Counted from the first letter of the stretch, positions 20,901 to 30,589 are shown. The stretch: 64,000 nt of DNA from an uncultured Acidimicrobiia bacterium (GCA_963836205.1 CAWIIV010000006.1:320001-384000); one strand, 5' to 3'. The notes: generated by a model not told the origin, from the sequence alone. Program-made: numbers and translations.

Positions 20901-22259
20901 AACGACGTGCCTGTCACCGAGGGCAACGCCGGCACCCTCAACGCCACCTTCACCGTGACCCGGACCGGCAGCACCGCCGAGGCGGTGTCGGTGTCGGCGC
21001 TCACCGCCGCCGGCACGGCCACCGCCGGCACCGACTACACCACCACCGGGCCCACGGTGCTCAGCTTGGGCATCGGGGTGACCTCGGCCAACTTCGTGGT
21101 GCCAGTCGTGGGAGACGTCCTCGACGAGCCCAACGAGACGTTCTTCGTCAACCTCACCCTGCCGGTCAAGGCCACCATCATCGACAGCCAGGGGGTGGGC
21201 ACCATCGTCGACAACGACGGGGTCCCCAATCCCGCAGGCCCGGCCACCTTCCTCGCCGTCAACGACGTCACCGCCAGCGAGGGCAACGCCGGGCTCACCA
21301 ACTTCAGCTTCACCGTCACCCGCTCGGGCAACGTGGCCGGGGCTTCGTCGCTGACCTACAAGACCTTCCAGGGCACGGCCAAGCTGGGCACCGACCTGAT
21401 CCTGGTCGACGACGCGGCGGTGAGCTTCGCCGCCACCGAGACCACCAAGACGGCGGTCGTGCAGGTCTACGGTGACCCCAACGCGGAGACCAACGAGACC
21501 TTCGTCATCAGCCTCCGCAACCCGGTGGGGGCGACGATCTCCGACTCGATCGGCACCGGCATTATCACCAATGACGACGCCGGCCTGCCGGGCAGCCTGG
21601 CCGTCAACGACGTCATCGTCGGTGAGTCCAACTCGGGGACCGCCACCGCCACCTTCACCGTGACCCGCTCGGGCAACTCCGCCGAGCCGGTGACGGTGAA
21701 CTTCGCCACCACCAACGGGACCGCCGCAGCCCCCGGCGACTATGTGGCCATCAGCTCCACCAGCTTGATCTTCGCCGAGCTGGAGACGACCAAGACCGTC
21801 AGCGTGGCCGTCAAGGGCGACGGTACCGTCGAGGGCGACGAGACCTTCTTCGTCAACCTCTCCCTGCCGGTGGGTGCCGCCATCGCCGACACCCAGGGCG
21901 TGGGCACCATCAAGAACGACGATCCGCTGCCCAGCCTCAGCGCCAACGACGTCTATGTCACCGAGGGCAACGGAACCCGCAAGACCGTCACCGTGACGGT
22001 GACCCGCGCCGGCGACCTGTCGGGGGCATCGTCGGTGGCCTACACCACCAGTGCCATCACGGCCACGTTCGGGGTCGACTACCTGCCCGCTTCCGCCATC
22101 CTCAACTTCGCGGCCGGCGAAACGGCCAAGACCATCACGGTCACCATCATCGGCGACAGCGAAGCGGAACCCAACGAGACCACGGCCATCGCCCTGAGCT
22201 CACCCGTCGGCTTGACGATCTCCGACAACGGCTTGATCACGATCGTCAACGACGACTGA
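17985..22259 (+). CDS. secreted M4 (thermolysin-family) metallopeptidase with propeptide, beta-sandwich domain and six Calx-beta domains
   Basis: Signal peptide, FTP propeptide (RFQQ...V.VYG), NAFWNG, HELTH, GAINES, GVHSNSG, six NDV..EGN...TI.NDD repeats. Confidence 0.92.
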   Translation: MMAQVMKARRCFRNLVKVAVGLLACATMLAVATGPVAAQGAPADLRAKLDDAAGGQARLADQAGTGLLRFFGTTKDHAVARARGVAADATPEVAARSFLGTYGSLFGAHDQGHQLQATRSTTSDEGRSTVRFQQVHNGVAVYGGQLMVNLDADKNVLSANGELLPSLTLGTTPAISAGEAQAAAIAAIAKQRDLDPAGLRAGPGSQQIHNPVLLGDGGRPVDSLAWLTEVTNPGGDPIREQVLVNAKTKAVLLHFDQIAEIKDRTICDRNNVVNPDESCTPITRIEGSGPSGILDVDRAYDYSGATYDYYFTNFGRDSIDDAGLPLQSVTRFCPDAGSCPYGNAFWNGANMVYGDGFASADDVVGHELTHGVTQYESGLFYYYQSGAINESLSDVFGELVDLTDGLGTDTPGVRWLMGEDLPIGAIRNMQNPPAYGDPDSMASLNYVTGAGDNGGVHSNSGVNNKNLSLMVDGGTFNGVTVAPLGTTKAGHIYYEAQTNLLTSGSDYRDLYEMLQQACYNKVGVAGITAADCAEVKKAVTATKMNQSAPGGGALEAPICESGDNPTDLFFDNMEGPTNNWTSEGSVDGGWVYNGGYATSGNLHLFGPDPASASDQTATRAAPVIPPADKTTYLLFNHAYDAEANWDGGKVEYSTNGGGSWIDAGPLFVDNGYNLTNSNGPFAGESVFSSRSMGYGSSRIDLTSLAGASVLYRFRFASDASVGGLGWFVDDVRVYTCGQPAPSISINDVSVAEGNTGTTPATFTISRSGDLTETSSVDYSTSSGTATPNVDFGGLWLNTNFAAGESSKTVIVNVNGDTLDESNETFSVVLLLPVGGIVSDDVGVATIVNDDSAPSLTINDVAVVEGNAGITVAGFTITRSGDVSGASSVNYATAGIQATAGTDFVNVGTTTVNFLATETTKTVNITVNGDTTVEAHENFLVALATPVNAVIADSQGIGTVTDDDVGTPARISVNDVPVTEGNAGTLNATFTVTRTGSTAEAVSVSALTAAGTATAGTDYTTTGPTVLSLGIGVTSANFVVPVVGDVLDEPNETFFVNLTLPVKATIIDSQGVGTIVDNDGVPNPAGPATFLAVNDVTASEGNAGLTNFSFTVTRSGNVAGASSLTYKTFQGTAKLGTDLILVDDAAVSFAATETTKTAVVQVYGDPNAETNETFVISLRNPVGATISDSIGTGIITNDDAGLPGSLAVNDVIVGESNSGTATATFTVTRSGNSAEPVTVNFATTNGTAAAPGDYVAISSTSLIFAELETTKTVSVAVKGDGTVEGDETFFVNLSLPVGAAIADTQGVGTIKNDDPLPSLSANDVYVTEGNGTRKTVTVTVTRAGDLSGASSVAYTTSAITATFGVDYLPASAILNFAAGETAKTITVTIIGDSEAEPNETTAIALSSPVGLTISDNGLITIVNDD
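20200..22256 (+). repeat. six tandem Calx-beta repeats of about 115 aa
   Basis: Recurrent S(I/V)NDV.V.EGN.G, FT(V/I)TRSG, F...ETTKT, GD...E..ETF, GTI.NDD. Confidence 0.85.
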
Positions 22260-22289
22260 AGATGGACTCGATGACGCACTCGATGAGCG

Positions 22290-22320
22290 CTCGACCCGCG
22301 GGGAGATCCCGCGGGTCGAG
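22290..22320 (+). terminator. perfect 13-bp GC-rich hairpin after the protease gene
   Basis: CTCGACCCGCGGG-GAGAT-CCCGCGGGTCGAG, 30 nt after the stop, no U-tract. Confidence 0.65.
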
Positions 22321-22332
22321 GCTCGGAATGAA

Positions 22333-22944
22333 GTGGTCGGCGTGTCTCTGAATCTCTCCCGGCGACCGGCGTGGCCGAATGCCGGCGGCAACCGGCAGTG
22401 GGCATCGGCCCGAGTCGCGAAGGCGGCGGCGATCCTCGCCATCGGACTGCTCGCGGCCGTCGCCGCCCTCAACATCGGTCGTCCTCAAAAGAGCCAAGAG
22501 CTCATCCAACGCAACGGGCAGGCCGACGTGAGCGCACCCGGCGCCGTCGCACTCACTCCCACCGGCGACGGCAGCGCGACCGTCGGGTCGGAAGCGTCTG
22601 GCGGCAGCGGGTTGGACTCCTCCACCCCGGCGGGTCCCACCCAGTCTCCTAACGGCCGCCCGGACACCGTGGCATCCGATGCAGGCGGAGGGGGAGGCGC
22701 GGAGCGGAAGGTCGATCCGAACACGACCACCGGTCAGAACGTGCCCGGTGCCGATCCGACCACCGACGACGCGACGACGGCCGAGGACCTGGCGAACCGG
22801 TTGGCCGCGGACCTGCTGGCCCAACCGGCCGATGCCGACATCGATCCCGAGGCCTTCGAGGAGGTTGGCGGGTCAGGAGCCACGGAGCCGATCTCCGGCG
22901 ATCCAGCGACCGAGTCGAACCCCATCGTGCCGCCCCTCAGCTGA
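22333..22944 (+). CDS. hypothetical single-TM protein with acidic, low-complexity extracellular tail
   Basis: Hydrophobic AAAILAIGLLAAVAAL followed by a G/S/T/D/P-rich region. Confidence 0.55.
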   Translation: MVGVSLNLSRRPAWPNAGGNRQWASARVAKAAAILAIGLLAAVAALNIGRPQKSQELIQRNGQADVSAPGAVALTPTGDGSATVGSEASGGSGLDSSTPAGPTQSPNGRPDTVASDAGGGGGAERKVDPNTTTGQNVPGADPTTDDATTAEDLANRLAADLLAQPADADIDPEAFEEVGGSGATEPISGDPATESNPIVPPLS

Positions 22945-23034
22945 CGTAGGTCAGGTCGCCCGAGGTCCCGCGGCTACGATCGAGGGGTGCCGCGACCCTG
23001 CGGCTTGCTTGTAGCGCTGGGCCCAGGGAGACAA

Positions 23035-24258
23035 ATGGAACTCGTTCGTTGTACGAAATGCATACTTCCTGAGACGCACGAGACGATTACCTTCGACGAG
23101 GACGGCGTCTGCAATATCTGTCGCCAGCAGGAGCACAAGCAGGGCGTCATCGACTGGAGCGAAACCAAGCAACAACTAGACGCCATCGTCGAGAGCTTCC
23201 GTGGCCGGTACGAGTACGACTGCATCGTGCCGTTCTCGGGCGGCAAGGACAGCACCTGGACGCTGTATTACCTGATGAAGGAGTACGGCCTCCGGCCATT
23301 GGTGGTGAGCTTCGACCACGGCTTCATGCGGCCCCAGCTCCTCGAGAACACGAAACGGACTCTGCGCCAGTTGGGTGTGCCATTTCACTCATTCACGCCG
23401 AACTGGAAGGTTGTGCAGCGCCTGATGCTGCAGAGCTTCCTCGAGAAGGGCGACTTCTGCTGGCACTGCCACACCGGGATCTTCGCCTACCCGATGTGGG
23501 TGGCCATCCGGTACGAAGTGCCGCTGGTGATCTGGGGCGAACCGTCGGCAGAGTACACCGCATACTACCGCTACGACCAGCCGGAGGAGGTCGACGAGAA
23601 GCGGTTCAATCGCTTCGTGAACCTGGGGATCACGGCCCAGGACATGTATGTCCGCCTCGAGGGCATGGTCGACGAGCGTGACCTCCTCCCCTTCACATAC
23701 CCGCCGGTGAAGGAGCTGCGGCGCATCGGGTACCGCTCGATCTGCCTGGGCTCCTTCGTCCCCTGGGATGTGAAGCGGCAGGTGAAGATCATCGAGCAGG
23801 AGCTGGGCTGGCAGGGCGACGAGGTGGAGAACGTCCCGCCCGGCTACAGCTACGAGAAGATCGAATGCTCAATGCAGGGTGTGCGTGATTACATCAAGTA
23901 CATCAAGCGGGGCTACACCCGACCCTCCCACCTGGCGTCGATCGACGTCCGGAACGGGCGGCTCAGCCGCGACGAGGCCATGGAGATGGTGGCCGGCTGC
24001 GAGGGCATGCGGCCGCCCAGCCTCGACCTGTTCCTCGAGTTCGTCGGCCTCACCGAGGAGGAGTTCATGGAGATCGCCCTCAGCCACCGGGTGTCCCCGT
24101 GGAGCGAGGACGACGACGCCGTGCCGGTCCAACTCGGCCGCAAGACGCACGATTTCGACCGGTGGACCCGCCAGGGTGCCATGGATCCCGACGACGCCGC
24201 CCAGCAGCTCGACCGCTGGCGCCGTCGCACCAACCGCGTCGTCCTCACCGAAGTCTGA
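23035..24258 (+). CDS. N-acetyl sugar amidotransferase (WbpG/PseA/WbuX family)
   Basis: CTKC...CNIC Zn site, PP-loop SGGKDS, CWHC, WGE, KYIKRGY.R. GGGAG SD before ATG 23035. Confidence 0.9.
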   Translation: MELVRCTKCILPETHETITFDEDGVCNICRQQEHKQGVIDWSETKQQLDAIVESFRGRYEYDCIVPFSGGKDSTWTLYYLMKEYGLRPLVVSFDHGFMRPQLLENTKRTLRQLGVPFHSFTPNWKVVQRLMLQSFLEKGDFCWHCHTGIFAYPMWVAIRYEVPLVIWGEPSAEYTAYYRYDQPEEVDEKRFNRFVNLGITAQDMYVRLEGMVDERDLLPFTYPPVKELRRIGYRSICLGSFVPWDVKRQVKIIEQELGWQGDEVENVPPGYSYEKIECSMQGVRDYIKYIKRGYTRPSHLASIDVRNGRLSRDEAMEMVAGCEGMRPPSLDLFLEFVGLTEEEFMEIALSHRVSPWSEDDDAVPVQLGRKTHDFDRWTRQGAMDPDDAAQQLDRWRRRTNRVVLTEV

Positions 24259-24287
24259 GGCCGGTCCGGCCTGATGGGTCTCCCCGC

Positions 24288-24896
24288 GTGATCGCGGTCG
24301 TCGACACGGGCCACGGCAACCTGCTGTCGGTCTGCAACGCGATCGAGTACCTGGGCTCGACGGCCCAGGTGTGCGATGGGCCCGAGGCCCTCCACGGCGC
24401 AGAGCGGGTGATCCTGCCGGGGGTGGGCGCGTTCCAGGATGCCATGCGGTCTCTGGCGGGTCGGGGCTTCCCGCCTGTACTCGACCAGCTGCGCGCCGCA
24501 GGGGTCCCGATCCTCGGTATCTGCCTCGGGATGCAGCTCCTGGCCCGGTGCAGCTACGAGGGCGGGAAGCACCCGGGCTTGGGATGGTTCGACGCCGAGG
24601 TCGTCCGGCTCGAGCCCGGCCACCTCCGTGTCCCCCACGTCGGGTGGAACCCCACCACGGTCGACCCGGAGAGCCCCTTGTTCAAGGGGCTCCCGGCCGC
24701 GCCCGAGTTCTACTTCGTCCACTCCTACCAGGTGCATTGCGCGGACAGGTCCCAGGTCGACGCCATCTGCGAGTACGGCGGCGACGTCACCGCCGCCATC
24801 CGGCTCGGCAACGTGGTGGCCACCCAGTTCCACCCCGAGAAGAGCCAGGACCTCGGCTTGGCCGTGCTCGACAACTTCCTGCGCTGGAACCCGTGA
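24288..24896 (+). CDS. HisH-like glutamine amidotransferase (WbuY-type)
   Basis: GNLLSV, LPGVGAF, GICLGMQ, PHVGWN, YFVHSY, QFHPEKS. Confidence 0.9.
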   Translation: MIAVVDTGHGNLLSVCNAIEYLGSTAQVCDGPEALHGAERVILPGVGAFQDAMRSLAGRGFPPVLDQLRAAGVPILGICLGMQLLARCSYEGGKHPGLGWFDAEVVRLEPGHLRVPHVGWNPTTVDPESPLFKGLPAAPEFYFVHSYQVHCADRSQVDAICEYGGDVTAAIRLGNVVATQFHPEKSQDLGLAVLDNFLRWNP

Positions 24897-24900
24897 CTCT

Positions 24901-25689
24901 GTGCTCCGTCGCCGCCTGATCCCCAAACTCCAACTACGCTGTACCAGTCACGGCGCCGGCACCCGGATGGTGCTGGTGACGACGATCGGCTTCAGGGACG
25001 TGATCGAAATCGGTGATCCCGTCTCACAGGCCAAGATCTATCAGGCCCAGGCGGCCGACGAGCTCATCTTCCTCGACCTAGACGCCTGGCGGGACGGCCG
25101 TTCGACGCTACTCGGCATCGTCCGCACCGCGGCTGAGGAGGTCTTCATGCCTTTCACCGTCGGAGGCGGTGTTCGAAGTCTCGAGGACTTTCGATTGCTG
25201 CTGTCCAACGGTGCCGACAAGGTGAGCGTGAATACCGCTGCCGTCGAGGACCCTAACCTGATTGCCCGGGCGTCCGATGCCTACGGCGCCCAGTGCGTCG
25301 TGCTCAGCATCGACGTGGGCTGGGACCCCGAGCTCGGTTACCAGGTCTGGACCCGGGGTGGAACCGTTCGCACGAACCTCGACCCCGTGGCCTGGGCTGT
25401 CGAGGGCGAGCGTCGCGGGGCAGGCGAGATCCTGCTCACATCGATCGACCGCGACGGCTCCCGTCGTGGACTCGATCTCGATGTGACCCGCGGGGTGACC
25501 GAGGCCGTCGGCATCCCCGTCATCGCCTCTGGCGGGTGCGGCGCCGCCTCGCATTTCGTCGACGGATTCCTCGTCGGTGGTGCGGACGCAGTTGCATCGG
25601 GCACGTACTTCTGCTTCCGGGATGAGAACCCGATGCAAACGAGGTCGCAGATCAAGAACGCCGGCATCCCCATTCGACTCCACACATGA
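24901..25689 (+). CDS. HisF-like cyclase paralog (WbuZ-type)
   Basis: GDPV, ADELIFLD, PFTVGGG, GADKVSVNT, GAGEILLTSIDRDG, PVIASGG. N-terminal IPKLQL replaces IPCLDV. Confidence 0.88.
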   Translation: MLRRRLIPKLQLRCTSHGAGTRMVLVTTIGFRDVIEIGDPVSQAKIYQAQAADELIFLDLDAWRDGRSTLLGIVRTAAEEVFMPFTVGGGVRSLEDFRLLLSNGADKVSVNTAAVEDPNLIARASDAYGAQCVVLSIDVGWDPELGYQVWTRGGTVRTNLDPVAWAVEGERRGAGEILLTSIDRDGSRRGLDLDVTRGVTEAVGIPVIASGGCGAASHFVDGFLVGGADAVASGTYFCFRDENPMQTRSQIKNAGIPIRLHT

Positions 25690-26237
25690 TCGGCCCGCCG
25701 ATTGAGGGCCAACGGTTGGTCCTCCGGGACATGGTGGCCAGCGACGCTTCCGGCGCCTATCTGGGATGGATGAATGATTCCGGAGTGACGAGGTTTCTCG
25801 AGAGCAGATTCGCTTCCTACTCCGAACGTGACCTCGTGTCCTACATCACTGCGATGCGCTCCCATGCCGATATCCGGTTCCTAGCGATCCTTGTCCGCGA
25901 CACACAACGACACATTGGGAATGTCAAGCTTGGACCCATCGAGCGTCCCCACGGAAGGGCCGATATCGGGATCCTTATCGGGCAGCGCGAATGCTGGGGG
26001 CGTGGCTATGCCAGTGAGGCTGTTTCGATGGTGGCGGACTGGGCATTCGCCGAGCTTGCCCTGTCCAAGCTGACCGCCGGCGCCTACGCCAACAACGTCG
26101 GCTCTATCCGGGCCTTCGTCCGGGCGGGTTTTGAGATCGAGGCGATTCGTCAACGCCACTACCGATGCGGCGACGAACTGGTCGACGGTGTCCTGCTTTC
26201 TATGTTCGCGCCGGAGCCCGACAACGGCGGCGCCTGA
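25686..26237 (+). CDS. GNAT (RimJ/RimL-like) N-acyltransferase
   Basis: YLGWMND, HIGNVKL, ADIGILIG...WGRGYASE, NVGSIRAF. Confidence 0.85.
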   Translation: MIGPPIEGQRLVLRDMVASDASGAYLGWMNDSGVTRFLESRFASYSERDLVSYITAMRSHADIRFLAILVRDTQRHIGNVKLGPIERPHGRADIGILIGQRECWGRGYASEAVSMVADWAFAELALSKLTAGAYANNVGSIRAFVRAGFEIEAIRQRHYRCGDELVDGVLLSMFAPEPDNGGA

Positions 26238-26502
26238 TTGAGTCGGCCGGAGTCGAAGCCGCTTATACCGACCTCGCTCGCGCAGACCATGAGCCTGCGA
26301 ACGCCGTGGGATGGCATGGCGGTGGAGCGAAGCATCGGCTCGCTGGAGTGCCGGCTGACGGGGCCGGGGTCACGGCAACTGCGTGTCGGCCTCATGCCTG
26401 TCGGACGGCGAGGTCGGGGATTGCGGATCGGGTTTACCGTTGTGCGTCGTCCGCTTGGGCTGCGGGGCAGCAGGCTCGCCGGCCGGCGAGGCCTGACAGT
26501 GG

Positions 26503-26731
26503 CAGTTTGAGCCTCCACCAGCTTGTCGAGCGTGGACTGTCCTCGAGTCGGTGGCGATCTACACATGCGGGAGGTGGCAGCCGAGCTCGAGCTCCCGCGT
26601 CCTCCTCTTCAGCGGGGGCAAGGACTCGCTGGTGCTGCTGCGGCTGGCCGAGAATACCTCCGGCCGCCAAGTTCCCTTTCCCGATCATGCACATCGACAT
26701 CGGCCACAACCTCCCCGAGGCGTTGGTCTAA
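26503..26731 (+). pseudogene. cysD: degraded 5' fragment of sulfate adenylyltransferase subunit 2
   Basis: Frameshifted pieces MREVAAELE / LLFSGGKDSLVLLRLAE / KFPFPIMHIDIGHNLPEAL closely match cysD at about 53390-53600. Confidence 0.85.
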
Positions 26732-26792
26732 GTGCTCGTCGCCTGAAGTGCTGGGCGGCTCAGCTGCGATCCTCTCTTACACCCGACAACGG

Positions 26793-28486
26793 TCAACCGT
26801 CGTCAGGGCGAGCTCCCGGGCCCCGCCGATGACCTCTGCTCGACGACGATGCCAGGCCGCCGGCCCCGTTCTTGGCCCCTTTGTTCTTCGCGGCCCCGTT
26901 TCTTGCGGCCTGGTTCTTGGCGGCCCCGTTCCTCTCGAATCTTCCACGGCTCGGTGGCGTCTCTGACTCGTAGCGGTAGCCGTAGCCATACCTAGCGTCC
27001 GCCTCGACACCGTTCAGGACAGCTCCGACCAGGGGGCCGTCGACCTGGCGTACTTTTGCGATGGCGGTGGCGGCGTCCTTGCGGGTGGTCTTGCTGGCGG
27101 AGAAAACCATCAGGGTGGCGTCGACGTGCCGGAACATGACCAGCGCGTCGGTCACGGGGAGCACGGGCGGTGAGTCGATGAGAACGATGTCGGCCTCGCC
27201 GGCGAGGGCCGAGAAGACGTCGCCGGCCCGTTGGGACGAGAGCAGCTCTGAGGGATTCGGTGGCATCGGGCCCGACGCCAGCAGCCGAAGGCGGGGGATC
27301 CCAGGGACGGCTTGGAGCGCAGCCGAGACCGGGCGCTCACCAAGAAGGGTCGAAGTGAACCCGACCGCGTTCGACAATCCGAAGAAATCGTGGATGCGGG
27401 GCCGACGCAGGTCGCAGCACACGATGACCACCCGCTTACCCGCCATCGCCATGGTTACAGCCAGGTTGGCTAGGGTAGTGGTCTTGCCCTCGCTGGCGTT
27501 GGCGCTGGTGACCTGGACCAGGCGCATGGGGTGGTCGATGGCTATGAAGTCGATGGCCGTACGCAGGGCGCGGTACGCCTCTGCCGCCGCCGACTGCGAC
27601 GCCGCCGCCGCCACGACCCTGGTGCTGCCCTTCGCCTTCCAGCCGCTCACCTCGGGGATCTCGCCGATAATTGGAATCGCGCCCGTGACCCGCTCCAGCT
27701 CCTCACGACTCTTGATCGTGTCGTCGAGGTACTCGACCAGGAAGGCAAGGCCGACGCCCAGCAGGGAACCGACGACCACAGCCAACACACCGTTGCGGAG
27801 CGGCGTCGGCTTGATGGGTGAGGCGGGCACGGTTGCAGAGCGGACGAACTCGGCACCGCCGGTGATGAGTGCGCTCGTCACCTGCAGCTGGTCGAGGGTG
27901 TTTTGAAACAGCGACTGCTGCTGGACCAGGGCCTGCCGCTGTGACCTGAGCTGTGTTCGGATCGCCTCCCGAGGCTGTCGATCTGGTCTTGGAGGAGGTC
28001 GATCTTGGATCGGACCTCCTTCTGGGCGGCAAGAGAGTCGTCGACCCCCTGCTGGCGCCGGTTGGCGATGTAGGCATCGACGTAGGCGTTGGCCACGGCA
28101 GCAGCCCGTTCGGGATCGGCACTTTCAGCGATGATCTCGACCACCGCAGTGTTTCCCACCGGCCGAACCGTGACGGAAGGGGCCGAACCCAGCCGGCGAC
28201 GTACCTCGTCGCGGACAGGGTCGCCCTTGACCACCTCGATCTCGGTGGCGACGAACTGTGCGGTCTCGTTGCCCTGCTGGTTGGTGGCGTCGAACGGCGA
28301 GAGGCCTGGGCGGGGTTGGATGCGCATCCTCGCAGCAGCCGCGTACACCGGTGTCTGCAGGAACGAAACGAGCAAAGCCAGACCCAAGACGACCGCCAGG
28401 GTCACGGCGATGACGGCGCGACGGCGCCGCAGGACCTGCAGGTAGTCGCGAAGCTCTAGTTCTTCGTCGGACGGCTCATCGAGCAC
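26793..28486 (-). pseudogene. wzc: Wzz-Wzc polysaccharide co-polymerase/tyrosine autokinase split by a frameshift near 27968
   Basis: N-half ELELRDYL (Wzz). C-half has AEAYR.LRT, Walker A SANASEGKTT, DLRRP, DSPP and the Tyr cluster YGYGYRY. Adding one base at 27968-27970 fuses the halves. Confidence 0.8.
26862..26931 (-). repeat. imperfect 15-bp tandem repeat encoding (K/R)N(G/Q/K)(A/G)A in the wzc tail
   Basis: RNGAA KNQAA RNGAA KNKGA KNGAG. Confidence 0.6.
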
Positions 28487-28540
28487 CCCGCGAGGCTACT
28501 GGCTCAGGTCGACCCGGGCATCACCGCGATGAGACGCCAG

Positions 28541-30403
28541 TCACCCCTCCAGCCAATCAGTGGTGTCGACCGCCTCGATCGTCGACAAGTAAGCCATGCT
28601 CCCGACAAGGGCGGCCGCGTCGTCCATGGGGTCGAGGGCTTTCGCCTCCACGGGGTCGAGCGGAGGCACGGGGACCTGGGAGATCAGCGGATGGGTTGGG
28701 CGGAGGTCGACTTCGCCCTTGGCCAGCAGGATCTCGTGGAGCTTCTCGCCTGGCCGAAGCCCGGTGAACTCGATCTTCACCTTGCGCGGAGACCGGGCCG
28801 ACACCAGCCGTGCCACCTCGGCGATCGACACCGGCTTGCCCATATCGAGCACCATCGCCTCTCCCGGCCGACCGACGGCCCCGGCCTGGATCACCAACTG
28901 CACCGCCTCCTCGACGGTCATGAAGTAGCGGGTGACGTCCGGATGGGTGACGGTGATCGGCCCGCCCCGCTCCACCTGCGCCTGAAACGTGGTCAGCACC
29001 GAGCCCCGGCTGCCGAGCACGTTCCCGAAGCGCACGCTCAGGTAGGCGGCTCCGGTGATCTCCGAGTAGTGGCTGGTGAGGCGCTCGGTGATGCGCTTCG
29101 AGTACCCCAGGACGCTGCAGGGGTCGGCGGCCTTGTCGGTGGAGATGTTCACGAATCGCCGTACCCCCACCTCGGCCGCCAACTCGAGCAAACTGAGGGT
29201 GGCGAGGATGTTCGTCTTCACCGCCTCCGCCGGGTAGCGCTCGAGCATCACCAGGTGCTTCAGTGCGGCTGCGTGGAACACCACCTCGGGCCGGTGCTCC
29301 TCCAGAACCGCCCGCAGGGCCGGTCGGTCGCGGATGTCGACGAGGACGAGGTCGGGCGAGTCGAGCAGGGCCCGACCCTCGATCGACAACTGCACCGCGT
29401 GCAGGGCCGACTCGTCGCGGTCGACCATCACCAGGTGGGCCGGCGCGAATCGGTAGAGCTGCCGGCACAGCTCGGACCCGATCGAGCCCCCGGCACCCGT
29501 CACCATCACCCGCTTGCCGCTGATGTAGCCGGCGATCGCCTCGATGTCGGTCTTGATCTCGTGCCGACCGAGAAGGTCGGCGGTGGTGACGTCGCGGATG
29601 TCGTCGACCTCGACCCGTCCCTCGAAGAGCTCCCTCACTGGAGGGAGGACCTTCACCGCCAATCCCGCCTGGAGGGCGAGCTCGCTCATCTCGGTTACCA
29701 GGTCGGCAGTCGCACTGGGAACGGCGATGAGCAAGGTGTCGGCGCCGGTGACCGCCGCCACGTCGGCCAGCCGAGAGCGGGTGCCAAGTACGGGCACGCC
29801 CATGATGCGCAACTTGCGCTTCGAGAGGTCGTCGTCGAGCAGTCCGACGGGCAGGAAGCCACTCGTCGGGTCCTTCAGCAGTTGCGGTACGACCTGCGCC
29901 CCGCCTTCGCCCGCCCCGAACACCAGCAGCCGGTGTATGTCGTCCCCACACGGCCGGCGCCGGCGGTCCATGGCCAGCCGCCAGGTGTAACGGATGCCAC
30001 CCATGAGCAGCATCGCCACGAGGCCGGCTACGACAGGGACGGTAAGGGGGACGAGGCGCGGGCTCGTGATGGCGTTGGCCGACGCGACAAGCACGGTCGT
30101 CAGTCCAACTGCCTTGGCCAGAGATGCGACCTCGTCGAAGCTTCCGAAGCGGGACCGGCCGGTGTAGGTGCCGAAGGCGACGCCAGCGAACGCCTGGGAC
30201 GCCACCGCCGCCGGCACGAGGAAGAGGAGGCCGCCGAACTTGCCGCTGGCGTCGACCAGCTCGTAGCGCAGCATGATGGCCGCGACCAGGGCGAAAGCCC
30301 ATGCGGCGGCGTCGAGGAGGCCTTGTATCAGCGCCCGATGGCGACCCAGGCCGACGAAAAGGCGGTTCCCGTCCGGCTCCTCGTCACGACCCCGGGTCGT
30401 CAT
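28541..30403 (-). CDS. membrane-bound UDP-GlcNAc 4,6-dehydratase (CapD/PglF/WbpM family)
   Basis: N-terminal TMs, FGAGEGG CoA-binding-like domain, DLLGR, TGAGGSIGSEL, HAAALKH, STDKA, RFGNVLGSRGSV, GLRPGEKL. Confidence 0.92.
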   Translation of the reverse strand: MTTRGRDEEPDGNRLFVGLGRHRALIQGLLDAAAWAFALVAAIMLRYELVDASGKFGGLLFLVPAAVASQAFAGVAFGTYTGRSRFGSFDEVASLAKAVGLTTVLVASANAITSPRLVPLTVPVVAGLVAMLLMGGIRYTWRLAMDRRRRPCGDDIHRLLVFGAGEGGAQVVPQLLKDPTSGFLPVGLLDDDLSKRKLRIMGVPVLGTRSRLADVAAVTGADTLLIAVPSATADLVTEMSELALQAGLAVKVLPPVRELFEGRVEVDDIRDVTTADLLGRHEIKTDIEAIAGYISGKRVMVTGAGGSIGSELCRQLYRFAPAHLVMVDRDESALHAVQLSIEGRALLDSPDLVLVDIRDRPALRAVLEEHRPEVVFHAAALKHLVMLERYPAEAVKTNILATLSLLELAAEVGVRRFVNISTDKAADPCSVLGYSKRITERLTSHYSEITGAAYLSVRFGNVLGSRGSVLTTFQAQVERGGPITVTHPDVTRYFMTVEEAVQLVIQAGAVGRPGEAMVLDMGKPVSIAEVARLVSARSPRKVKIEFTGLRPGEKLHEILLAKGEVDLRPTHPLISQVPVPPLDPVEAKALDPMDDAAALVGSMAYLSTIEAVDTTDWLEG

Positions 30404-30589
30404 GCCATCCCGACCATGGATATCCCTTCACCGCTGCCCCTGGACGTTTTGGGGCGGACGCAGCCTAACCGCGGCGCCCGCCCACGCGTGGATCATCTGT
30501 GAAATCGCCGAGAAGGCGGCTATTCCTATGCGCCCGAGGTCGTCGAGTTCGCCGCCCGCCTCAAGCGGACGCACCGACCTGCATCGCCG

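Noticed and set aside
24288-25689. hisH/hisF as histidine biosynthesis genes
   Set aside because: No other his genes nearby, they follow a sugar amidotransferase, and HisF lacks the N-terminal catalytic Asp.
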